This document shows positions 26,802 to 33,467 of a DNA stretch of 35,811 bases, one piece after another. This stretch comes from an uncultured virus (IMG/VR IMGVR_UViG_3300025945_000001) (taxonomy: Duplodnaviria > Heunggongvirae > Uroviricota > Caudoviricetes). Every line of letters starts with the position of its first letter. Position 1 is the stretch's first letter. The notes under the pieces were generated by a model that saw nothing but the letters and a program-made list of their open reading frames with translations, ran no database searches and was not told where the DNA came from. The translations under genes and the position numbers were made by a program. The stretch lies in IMG/VR virus record IMGVR_UViG_3300025945_000001; one strand, 5' to 3'.

Positions 26802-27125
26802 GTGAGGTCGGGGTGGCGCGTCGCGGCGGCGTGGCTGACGCTCGCGACGCTGGGCGTGGTCGCGCTGGCGGCGACGCGCGACGCGCCGGCGGCGGAGCGA
26901 GAACACGTGACCGTCCAGCGGAGCTGCGACGTCGACGACGAGGTGGACCTGGTCGCGCGGGTGCTCGTCGACGACACGCTCGTGGACCTGGCGTGCGGCG
27001 ACCGGCTGCGGGTGCGCGCGGGGAGGTGCTCGATCCAGCGGGGACCGTGGGTGACGGAGGTGCCGTGCAGCGAGGACGCGGACGCGGGTGCGTGGGGCCG
27101 GGCGGGAGCGGGGTGGCCACATTAA
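26802..27125 (+). CDS. Putative secreted/membrane-anchored Cys-containing protein
   Basis: GTG 26802 after GAGGTGGGA; signal-like hydrophobic N-terminus; four Cys. Confidence 0.5.
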   Translation: MRSGWRVAAAWLTLATLGVVALAATRDAPAAEREHVTVQRSCDVDDEVDLVARVLVDDTLVDLACGDRLRVRAGRCSIQRGPWVTEVPCSEDADAGAWGRAGAGWPH

Positions 27126-27304
27126 TCACGGGTGGGAACGCGGGGTGGGAATTAAAAGCTGGAGCTGGCCCGCAGTGCAGCTCCCGATCTTGTGAGACGC
27201 TTTAAAATGAATCATCATCTCTCAAGATCAATTTGCATTTACAAATGCGGCCGTTTGCACGTGCAACGCAGTTAACACGTTGCACGTGCAACGGACCGCT
27301 TAGG
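27126..27304. repeat. AT-richer non-coding junction with palindromes
   Basis: GATCTTGTGAGA / TCTCTCAAGATC inverted repeat (27186-27229); TTGCACGTGCAA palindrome twice (27255-27266, 27280-27291). Confidence 0.7.
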
Positions 27305-27505
27305 CTACGCGCCCAGCGCGTAGTCGCCACCCTTGCACCGCAACGCGCTGTGGTCGACGGACCAGACGCAACTAGCGTCGGGCCCGATCAAGCGTCGCGC
27401 GTTGTCGTTGTCTGCGCGTTGCCAACCAGTACTGGCGTCGCTGGTAGCGGCGGGGCTGGTGAACGCGAACGCGATGCTGAGGGCGATAGCAACCAGGGTG
27501 CGCAT
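27305..27505 (-). CDS. Small secreted protein (cassette 12)
   Basis: MRTLVAIALSIAFAFTSPAA signal-like N-terminus; two Cys. Confidence 0.6.
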   Translation of the reverse strand: MRTLVAIALSIAFAFTSPAATSDASTGWQRADNDNARRLIGPDASCVWSVDHSALRCKGGDYALGA

Positions 27506-27534
27506 TTTCAATCCTATCGTTTGGTTCGTTTGAT

Positions 27535-27571
27535 CTACGATCAGTCTACCAGGCCAGGACTAACTGGTCTA
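27535..27571 (-). promoter_or_regulatory. Array promoter copy 12 (degenerate)
   Basis: TAGACC-N17-TAGACT with TG extension, then GATCGTAG. Confidence 0.55.
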
Positions 27572-27598
27572 CGTCCAGCCGTTTGCTAACGCAACCAA

Positions 27599-27871
27599 CT
27601 AGATGATAACACCCGGGCAACCCCACCCGTCGGAGCCGTCCTCGAAGCTGGTCCAGCCGCAGCCCGGCAGGTCGGCATCGACGTAGTACGTCGGCGCCCC
27701 GCGCTGGACCACCTGCGTGGCGTCCAGGACGGCGTACGGCTCGAAGGGGCCGTCGATACCGGCCGGCGCGGTCCAGCCGCTGAGCGGGGGCACTGGCAAA
27801 CCGAGCGGGGGTGCGCTGGGGGCGGGCGCCAACGCGATCAGCAGGCCGAGGGCGACGAACTTAAGCTTCAC
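27599..27871 (-). CDS. Small secreted Pro-rich protein (cassette 11)
   Basis: GTG 27871 with SD AGGAG; signal-like N-terminus; C-terminal CGW...GWGC. Confidence 0.65.
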   Translation of the reverse strand: MKLKFVALGLLIALAPAPSAPPLGLPVPPLSGWTAPAGIDGPFEPYAVLDATQVVQRGAPTYYVDADLPGCGWTSFEDGSDGWGCPGVII

Positions 27872-27899
27872 GATCTCTCCTGGTGTTCCGGTCGAGCAA

Positions 27900-27936
27900 C
27901 TACGTTCATTATACCACAGGCGTGGCGGTTGGTCAA
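27900..27936 (-). promoter_or_regulatory. Array promoter copy 11
   Basis: TTGACC-N17-TATAAT; GTGGTATAATGAACGTAG. Confidence 0.85.
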
Positions 27937-27956
27937 CCACCACGCCTGGGTATCAC

Positions 27957-28145
27957 CTACGGCTGAAGCTGGTATTCGCCCCCGCCGAGCTCCGCGCCGA
28001 GCGCGCGCTTGACGTCGCGGAACTCGCCCGTCCGCTCGACGTACGCGCCGTCGATGAGGAAGATCCACGTGCCGTAGTCGGTCCGGCGCGGCGCCTTGCC
28101 GTGCGACCGCTCGAACGAGGTGGTGTCGAAGTAGACGGTGTCCAT
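27957..28145 (-). CDS. Small hypothetical protein (cassette 10)
   Basis: SD AAGGAG; FERSHGKAPR..YGTW.F. Confidence 0.75.
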   Translation of the reverse strand: MDTVYFDTTSFERSHGKAPRRTDYGTWIFLIDGAYVERTGEFRDVKRALGAELGGGEYQLQP

Positions 28146-28179
28146 GACGCTCTCCTTGGGTTCCGGTCGATCGTTCGTT

Positions 28180-28217
28180 CTACGTTCATTATATCACGTG
28201 AGGGGGCTGGTTGTCCA
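28180..28217 (-). promoter_or_regulatory. Array promoter copy 10
   Basis: TGGACA-N18-TATAAT; CACGTGATATAATGAACGTAG. Confidence 0.85.
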
Positions 28218-28235
28218 GCCCCTCCACAAGATTCT

Positions 28236-28523
28236 TTAGCGGATGCGCTGGGCCAGCGCCTCGAGCCGCGCCGTCACGTGAGCTTGACGCGTCTCGAAGT
28301 CACTCCGTGCCTCGGCCAGGTCGCGCTGGTAGCGCTCGTTTAGGCGCTCGATCTTCTCGTGGTACACGTCGACGCACGTGGCGTACTCGGCCGCCAGTGC
28401 GGCCACCTCGGCGGCCGTCGCCGGCACGAAGCCGCACACCTCGCAGACCGTCGCGCCGTCGAAGCTCTCGACGAGGTAGTGGTCCTGCAGCTCGCAGTCG
28501 TGCTGGTCGTGGTCGGGGTTCAT
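28236..28523 (-). CDS. Small hypothetical protein, CxxC plus coiled coil (cassette 9)
   Basis: ATG 28523 with SD AGGAG. Confidence 0.75.
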   Translation of the reverse strand: MNPDHDQHDCELQDHYLVESFDGATVCEVCGFVPATAAEVAALAAEYATCVDVYHEKIERLNERYQRDLAEARSDFETRQAHVTARLEALAQRIR

Positions 28524-28555
28524 GACGCTCTCCTGGGATTCTCGTTCGCTCCGTA

Positions 28556-28593
28556 CTACGTTCATTATATCACGTGCAGTCGCGGCTGGTCAA
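28556..28593 (-). promoter_or_regulatory. Array promoter copy 9
   Basis: TTGACC-N18-TATAAT; CACGTGATATAATGAACGTAG. Confidence 0.85.
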
Positions 28594-28612
28594 GCCCGCA
28601 GCTCAAGATCTT

Positions 28613-28855
28613 TTAGACCCGCCGCGCGTCGCGCTCGTCCGCGAGCGACTCGACGCCGCGCGCGTCCGCGGCGCGCACGGCGAGGTAGGCGCCGTAGACG
28701 TCGACGTCGCCGCGCGCGTAGTCGCGCACGAGCGCGAGCTCGTGCTCGGCGAGCTCGTGGCGCGCGTAGTCGACGGCCTCACGGCACGTCGGGCGCTTGA
28801 TGATCCACTCGGCGACGTCGTCCCACACGATCATGACCGCCTCGGCGAGGTCCAC
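28613..28855 (-). CDS. Small hypothetical protein (cassette 8, gene 2)
   Basis: Fills the gap to the next promoter; start uncertain. Confidence 0.6.
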   Translation of the reverse strand: MDLAEAVMIVWDDVAEWIIKRPTCREAVDYARHELAEHELALVRDYARGDVDVYGAYLAVRAADARGVESLADERDARRV

Positions 28856-28864
28856 GGCGACCGC

Positions 28865-29050
28865 CTAACCGAGGTAGACGTCGCCGGCCAGGATCAGCGC
28901 GCGCTGGTCCAGTCGCATGAGCTCCCAGTGGCCCGGGTGCCGCGTGGGCGTGCCGTCCGAGGTGACGCGCAGCGTCGGGTCGGCATCGATCGCAGCGGCG
29001 TCGTGAAGAATCTCGGCCATCTCGGCGGAGGTCCAGAGTGTCCTGCTCAC
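28865..29050 (-). CDS. Small hypothetical protein (cassette 8, gene 1)
   Basis: GTG with SD AAGGAG. Confidence 0.7.
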   Translation of the reverse strand: MSRTLWTSAEMAEILHDAAAIDADPTLRVTSDGTPTRHPGHWELMRLDQRALILAGDVYLG

Positions 29051-29078
29051 GGTAGCTCCTTGGTTCGTTCGTTCCGTT

Positions 29079-29115
29079 CTACGTTCATTATACCACGTGA
29101 AGGCCCCGAGCGCAA
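29079..29115 (-). promoter_or_regulatory. Array promoter copy 8
   Basis: TTGCGC-N17-TATAAT; CACGTGGTATAATGAACGTAG. Confidence 0.85.
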
Positions 29116-29135
29116 GCCCGGGGCCTCACGACCTC

Positions 29136-29477
29136 TCAGCGTCCCGCGAGGTCCCACGCGTCCTGGAAGCTGATCACGCCGCGCGCGGCCTCCACCTCCT
29201 CCTGGAGGCGCGCCTCATCGTAGCCGGCCTCCTCGAGGTAGCGCTCGATGGCGTTCTCGGCGTACAGCTCGTCGCGCGTCTGCTGGTCCAGCTCCCACTG
29301 GCCGTAGGCCTCGCAGTCGTTCAGCTCGGTCACCGACGCGTGAGTGTGCTCGGCGTACCAACCCCACACCTCGTGGGGCAGCGCGACCAGCGTCTCGAGC
29401 TGCGGGCGGGCGGCCTCCGCGGCGAGCTCGCGGTCCTCGCGGGCCCAGTCGGCGTGGGGGTCGTAGCGAACGGTCAT
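29136..29477 (-). CDS. Acidic hypothetical protein (cassette 7)
   Basis: ATG 29477 with SD AGGAG; AENAIERYLE..GY.EAR.QEE.EA.RGVI.F. Confidence 0.75.
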   Translation of the reverse strand: MTVRYDPHADWAREDRELAAEAARPQLETLVALPHEVWGWYAEHTHASVTELNDCEAYGQWELDQQTRDELYAENAIERYLEEAGYDEARLQEEVEAARGVISFQDAWDLAGR

Positions 29478-29517
29478 GATGCTCTCCTGGTTTCCGGGCT
29501 TCCGGTGGATCAACCTG

Positions 29518-29555
29518 CTACGTTCATTATACCACACCCGTGAGCCGAGCGCTAG
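29518..29555 (-). promoter_or_regulatory. Array promoter copy 7
   Basis: GTGTGGTATAATGAACGTAG; the -35 position reads CTAGCG. Confidence 0.8.
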
Positions 29556-29562
29556 CCCCCGC

Positions 29563-29778
29563 TCAAGATTCTTGAACGAGGTGCAGCGTCGCCGCGACGC
29601 GCGCGTCGAGTGCCTGGCAGTCGAGCGAACCGTCCCACGTCACCAGCGCGAGCGGCTCGCCCACCGAGAGGACGCGCGTGTGCGCGACGTGCCCGCGCGC
29701 GTGCCGCTCGGAGGACCACACCGCCTGACCGTCGGCGAGGCCGTGCACGAGCACGACCTCGCGCCGGCGACCCGTCAC
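29563..29778 (-). CDS. Small hypothetical protein (cassette 6, gene 2)
   Basis: GTGA coupling to gene 1; stop falls inside the AATCTTGA motif. Confidence 0.6.
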   Translation of the reverse strand: MTGRRREVVLVHGLADGQAVWSSERHARGHVAHTRVLSVGEPLALVTWDGSLDCQALDARVAATLHLVQES

Positions 29779-29966
29779 TCGCCCTCGACGACCGGCGGCG
29801 GCACGTTCAGCCAGCCGTCGACCGGCTCGAGCAGCGCGAGCAGCTCCTCCACGGTCACGTCCTCGACGCCGGGCTCGGCGTCCAGCTCCAGCCTCGAGCG
29901 CCCACCCGCCACGACGTCGAACTCGCGCCGGTGATCCGCTCCGGGAAACCCACCTACCGCTGCCAT
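29775..29966 (-). CDS. Small acidic hypothetical protein (cassette 6, gene 1)
   Basis: ATG with SD AAGGAG. Confidence 0.7.
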   Translation of the reverse strand: MAAVGGFPGADHRREFDVVAGGRSRLELDAEPGVEDVTVEELLALLEPVDGWLNVPPPVVEGE

Positions 29967-29994
29967 CTGACTCTCTCCTTCGGTTCGTTCCGCT

Positions 29995-30032
29995 CTACGT
30001 TCATTATATCACACATGTGGCCAGCGCGCTAG
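29995..30032 (-). promoter_or_regulatory. Array promoter copy 6
   Basis: GTGTGATATAATGAACGTAG; the -35 position (CTAGCG) sits in a 12-bp hairpin. Confidence 0.8.
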
Positions 30033-30049
30033 CGCTGGCCACAAGATCT

Positions 30050-30223
30050 TTAGTAGTCGTCCGACTCGACGTCGGGCGCGTCGTGCAGCGTCCCACAGCC
30101 ACAACACAGCCACCCGTCGGGCGTGTCGAGCCACTCGTCGGGCGACCAGCACGTGATGCACACGAAGAAGTCGTCGGTCAGCGCGATCGGCGTGGGCTGG
30201 GGCTTGACGTAGGTGGCGTTCAC
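30050..30223 (-). CDS. Small Zn-ribbon-like protein (cassette 5)
   Basis: GTG 30223 with SD GAGGAG; CITC...CCGC. Confidence 0.7.
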   Translation of the reverse strand: MNATYVKPQPTPIALTDDFFVCITCWSPDEWLDTPDGWLCCGCGTLHDAPDVESDDY

Positions 30224-30246
30224 GATCACTCCTCGTTTCCGGTGTT

Positions 30247-30283
30247 CTACGTTCATTATATCACGAACGTGAACGCGAGTCAA
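30247..30283 (-). promoter_or_regulatory. Array promoter copy 5
   Basis: TTGACT-N17-TATAAT; CGTGATATAATGAACGTAG. Confidence 0.85.
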
Positions 30284-30290
30284 GGGACCG

Positions 30291-30641
30291 TCAGTCGGCC
30301 AGCAGCTCCTCGTCCAGGACGCGGTCACACTCGTGGTCAGGGTCGCCGAACGCGAGCGCCGCCTCGAGCAGTTCCCTCGACGCGTGCTGGGCGCGCTCGT
30401 TCTCGACGTCGCGCACGACGCGCTGCACCTCGCCGACGTCCAGGTCGGTGAAGACCAGGAACCGGTGAAGGAAGTCGAGCGTGTCCTCCGGCGCGAGCGT
30501 GAAGTCGAGCTTCACGTCGCCGTCGAGCGCCTCCGTGCGGAAGCGTACGGCGTCGTCATCACCCTGCATGATGAACGTGACGGCGGTGCCGTCGCCGCTC
30601 CCGTAGTCGTCGTCGGCCCAGTCGGCGTAGTCGTAGGTCAC
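30291..30641 (-). CDS. Acidic hypothetical protein (cassette 4)
   Basis: GTG 30641 with SD GAGGAG; very Asp/Glu-rich. Confidence 0.75.
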   Translation of the reverse strand: MTYDYADWADDDYGSGDGTAVTFIMQGDDDAVRFRTEALDGDVKLDFTLAPEDTLDFLHRFLVFTDLDVGEVQRVVRDVENERAQHASRELLEAALAFGDPDHECDRVLDEELLAD

Positions 30642-30670
30642 GTGATCTCCTCTGCTCCGGTGGTTCGTTG

Positions 30671-30708
30671 CTACGTTCATTATACCACGTGCGTGAACCC
30701 CTCGTCAA
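30671..30708 (-). promoter_or_regulatory. Array promoter copy 4
   Basis: TTGACG-N18-TATAAT; CACGTGGTATAATGAACGTAG. Confidence 0.85.
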
Positions 30709-30745
30709 GCCTCGAGCGAAGATCGTTCGAGACCTCACGGCGGGC

Positions 30746-30775
30746 GCTACGCGGCCCCCGGAGGGGCCGCGTAGC
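30746..30775 (-). terminator. Stem-loop downstream of the HTH gene
   Basis: Perfect 13-bp stem GCTACGCGGCCCC / GGGGCCGCGTAGC with a 4-nt loop, 7 nt after the stop. Confidence 0.7.
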
Positions 30776-30782
30776 CAGCGCG

Positions 30783-31253
30783 CTACTCGGCGTCGGCGTC
30801 ACCCTCGACGGGCTCGTCCGTGGCGTTCAGCGCGTCGACGGCCTGCCGGATCGCGTCGACGAGACCCGCCTTGGTGATCTTGTCGGTCTCGGCGGCCGGC
30901 ACCAGGATCGCGAGCGCGGAGTTGATCTTGCTCTGGACCTTGCCGATCTTGCCCTTGCGGACCGGCGCGACCAGCTCGCCCGACTCGATCTTCGCCAGCG
31001 CCTCGAGCACCTGGTCGACCTCGGACTTGTTGATCTTGCCCTGCTCGCACCGCCAGAGCTGGGCCGGGGTGAGCTCGGTCAGCTCCTGGAGCTTGGTGCG
31101 GCTCCAACCCGCCTGGCGGGCCGCGATGAGGCGCGACGCGACGTCGGTGGCCACGTCGTCGGCCGCGTACTTGCTGTCGGCCTGCGCGACGGGGGCGTCC
31201 TCGACGGTCTCGACGACGGTCTCGACGACCTCGGTGGCAACGGCGTTGGTCAT
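30783..31253 (-). CDS. Putative XRE-like HTH DNA-binding protein (cassette 3)
   Basis: ATG 31253 with SD AAGGAG; RLIAARQAGWSRTKLQELTELTPAQLWRCEQGK. Confidence 0.7.
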   Translation of the reverse strand: MTNAVATEVVETVVETVEDAPVAQADSKYAADDVATDVASRLIAARQAGWSRTKLQELTELTPAQLWRCEQGKINKSEVDQVLEALAKIESGELVAPVRKGKIGKVQSKINSALAILVPAAETDKITKAGLVDAIRQAVDALNATDEPVEGDADAE

Positions 31254-31300
31254 GATGGACTCCTTCTCTCCGGGTGTTCTCGGTGTTTCCGTTTTCCGAT

Positions 31301-31337
31301 CTAAAACCATATTATCACGTGCTGGGCTGCGAGTCAA
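31301..31337 (-). promoter_or_regulatory. Array promoter copy 3 (variant)
   Basis: TTGACT-N17-TAATAT; CACGTGATAATATGGTTTTAG. Confidence 0.7.
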
Positions 31338-31345
31338 GCCCCCGT

Positions 31346-31597
31346 TCAAGATTTTTCGGTTTGCTTCCGCAAACCCTCGACCTCCTGGTCGGTGGCGCGC
31401 AGTACGGTCCGGTACGCCTCGGTGAGGTCGTCGCCGTAGTCGATCAGCACCCACGGTCCGTGATCGTTCGGGCCGTCCGGGAGCCGTATGCTGTTGCGGA
31501 TCGACTGCGCGATCGCGTACTCGTCGGCGTGGGCCAGGTCCTCCAGGCCCTCCTCCCAGTCGACGCGCGCCCGGCGCACCGCGTCCAGTAGGTTCAT
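31346..31597 (-). CDS. Small hypothetical protein (cassette 2)
   Basis: ATG 31597 with SD GAGGAG; stop falls inside the AATCTTGA motif. Confidence 0.75.
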   Translation of the reverse strand: MNLLDAVRRARVDWEEGLEDLAHADEYAIAQSIRNSIRLPDGPNDHGPWVLIDYGDDLTEAYRTVLRATDQEVEGLRKQTEKS

Positions 31598-31626
31598 CTT
31601 CGCTCCTCGGCTCCGGCGTTCGCTGT

Positions 31627-31663
31627 CTGGTTTCATTATATCACGTGAAGTGACCGGAGTCAA
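31627..31663 (-). promoter_or_regulatory. Array promoter copy 2
   Basis: TTGACT-N17-TATAAT; CACGTGATATAATGAAACCAG. Confidence 0.85.
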
Positions 31664-31670
31664 CGTCCAG

Positions 31671-31862
31671 TCACGACGCGTTGCACTCGCAAACGTTGGC
31701 CAGGCTGCGTGCCAGGCCGCACGCCGGGCACGTCGAGCCCCAGCCGGCGCTGCGGCGCGGGCCGACGTTGCGACGACGCGGGCGGGCTAGCGGCGCGCGG
31801 TTCGTGTAGTCGCCGCTGCGCACGAACCGGTAGTCGCGCTGGGTGGTCGGGTAGCTGATCAT
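31671..31862 (-). CDS. Small basic protein with C-terminal Cys cluster (cassette 1)
   Basis: SD AGGAG; CPACGL.RS..NVCEC. Confidence 0.7.
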   Translation of the reverse strand: MISYPTTQRDYRFVRSGDYTNRAPLARPRRRNVGPRRSAGWGSTCPACGLARSLANVCECNAS

Positions 31863-31892
31863 CGTGGGCTCCTGGTCTCCGTCGTTCCCGTT

Positions 31893-31930
31893 CTAGATTC
31901 ATTATATCACGTGAAGGGCTGATTGGCTAG
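31893..31930 (-). promoter_or_regulatory. Array promoter copy 1
   Basis: CACGTGATATAATGAATCTAG; the -35 position reads CTAGCC. Confidence 0.8.
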
Positions 31931-31984
31931 CGTCTGGACGGTTTACCTTCGCAAACTTTAGCTCAAGATCGACAGCACGTGAAC

Positions 31985-32017
31985 CGCGTTAAAATCTCCT
32001 CCGGAGATTTTAACGCG
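31985..32017. repeat. Perfect 15-bp inverted repeat
   Basis: CGCGTTAAAATCTCC-TCC-GGAGATTTTAACGCG. Confidence 0.9.
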
Positions 32018-32120
32018 CCCGTCGCGCGTTTGTCAACCCATGATAAAATAGCGATGAGGTTTCACGTCCCGTACGCGTCTGGGGTAAGCAGCCCTCCGAA
32101 AGTTGATCTTGAGCGAAAAA

Positions 32121-32225
32121 TGATGGGCCAGGCGGTGAAACTCGGGTCCCACGAGTGGATCTTGATGGGCTTGGCCGTGAAACTCGGGTCACTTGAGTTG
32201 ATCTTGATGGGCCAGGCGGTGAAAC
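32121..32225. repeat. Imperfect tandem repeat, 42-bp period, about 2.5 copies
   Basis: TGATGGGC..GGC.GTGAAAC starts at 32121, 32163 and 32205. Confidence 0.85.
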
Positions 32226-32288
32226 ATGCGGAAAATGATGAACGTGATGTCCTCACATGTGAAAATGCGTGTACCAGCGCGTTTCACG

Positions 32289-32348
32289 CGGTTTGCACTT
32301 GCAAATCACGTGAACGTACCGGTTTGCACTTGCAAATCACGTGAACGT
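32289..32348. repeat. 29-bp direct repeat x2 (31-bp period)
   Basis: CGGTTTGCACTTGCAAATCACGTGAACGT at 32289 and 32320. Confidence 0.9.
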
Positions 32349-32392
32349 GCGCGTAACGCGCGGCCGGTCACGTGCGCGTGCGCGCGCCAGCT

Positions 32393-32439
32393 CCCTCAAT
32401 TTGGCCCGATGATTTTCTGGCACCCTCAATTTGGCCCGA
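32393..32439. repeat. 17-bp direct repeat x2 (30-bp period)
   Basis: CCCTCAATTTGGCCCGA at 32393 and 32423. Confidence 0.85.
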
Positions 32440-32466
32440 GGACCTGCGCCGGCCCCGGCGGGCTCC

Positions 32467-32536
32467 ACTGCATTTTTCACAAAAATGGGTCTACTGCATT
32501 TTTCACAAAAATGGGTCTACTGCATTTTCACGAAAA
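32467..32536. repeat. 26-bp tandem repeat, about 2.7 copies
   Basis: ACTGCATTTTTCACAAAAATGGGTCT at 32467 and 32493, with a partial copy at 32519; internal dyad CATTTTT-CAC-AAAAATG. Confidence 0.9.
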
Positions 32537-32898
32537 TTCATCCGGGTCACTCCGAGTGGTTTACCGGCGGTAGTTGATCAAGCAGGTCGCGAAGCGACCG
32601 CGCGCGTACGCGCGCGTACGCGCGTAGGGGAGGCCACCTGGGTGGTCCGGTGAGCTGCGTGCTGGTCGGGGAGCCGGACGCGGTCTACTGGAGGACGACG
32701 AGCGTCCGGCTCACCCGGTCACGTGGGTCGCGTCGGCGCGGGAACACGACACGCGCCGGCCACGGCGGGTGTCCACGTGACGTACTGGTGCGCGCCCACG
32801 CCGTTTCCCTCGCCGGCCAACACCAGCCCGACGTGGGCGCGCGTCAACACGCTATCAGTACGTCATCAAGCCGTCCGACCAGGGGAAACACGCCGGTT

Positions 32899-33444
32899 TC
32901 ACTCCCCGACCTGGCCCTCCAGGGTGAGCAGCTCCTCGTGAGCGGTCGCGAACGCGAGCTGGCGCTGGTCCGCGTCGAGGCTCAGCCGGTCCAAAACGCG
33001 CCCCAGAACCTCCGCTACGACCCTACCCTCCAGCTCCACCTGGCGTACTAGCCGCTCCGCTACGCCCGCGTCTATGGCGGCTTTAGCGGTCCGCGCGAGG
33101 AGTGCCCGCTCCTTGCGCGACTCGCTCAGCCAGCGCATCACCTCGCGCGCCGAGCTGTCGCCGTCGTTCGCCCTGGTCACGGCGCTGAGCTGCTCGTCGA
33201 CCCACGCGACGCGCCCCGCTGCACGTCGCACGGCCATGATGATGGCTTCCCACGGGCTGACGTCCAGCTCCTGGGCTACCTCCAGTGCCACGCGCCACGC
33301 CTCCTCGGCCGCTCGATTCTCGTGACCTCGACAGTAGCCGATGCCGGGATGAAGTGTTCCTTCACCTGGGTAGTTGCGGCAACCCTCGGCTCGACAGCGC
33401 GGCTGGCGAGGGCTCCGCTTACCGCCTTGACGCGGGTAGACCAT
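32899..33444 (-). CDS. Probable terminase small subunit
   Basis: 181 aa; N-terminal C....C...G.GT.HPG.G.C..H (HGGxSTG-like Zn motif) and helical C-terminus with AKAAIDAGVAER; SD GAGGAA/AGGGA. Pattern seen in actinophage TerS-like proteins. Confidence 0.6.
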   Translation of the reverse strand: MVYPRQGGKRSPRQPRCRAEGCRNYPGEGTLHPGIGYCRGHENRAAEEAWRVALEVAQELDVSPWEAIIMAVRRAAGRVAWVDEQLSAVTRANDGDSSAREVMRWLSESRKERALLARTAKAAIDAGVAERLVRQVELEGRVVAEVLGRVLDRLSLDADQRQLAFATAHEELLTLEGQVGE

Positions 33445-33467
33445 TCCCTACTTTCCTCTCGGTTCGC

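Noticed and set aside
27953..31902. ORF-track starts at 28189, 28565, 30680, 31663 and 31902 (MNVE.., MNVV.., MNVA.., MNLE.. and similar)
   Set aside because: These starts lie within the promoter motifs (mostly the ATG of TATAATG), upstream of the expected TSS; SD-supported starts lie downstream.
27535..31913. CRISPR array interpretation of the recurring ~21-bp motif
   Set aside because: Intervals are 252-630 bp, contain ORFs with SDs, the repeat is a promoter, and no cas genes are visible.
27305..31930. Integron attC cassette array
   Set aside because: No integrase in the window, no consistent RYYYAAC/GTTRRRY ends, and each cassette has its own promoter.
31979..32653. ORFs 31979-32344, 32226-32573 and 32372-32653 with peptide repeats
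   Set aside because: No SD and atypical AT-rich codons; the peptide repeats just mirror DNA tandem repeats.
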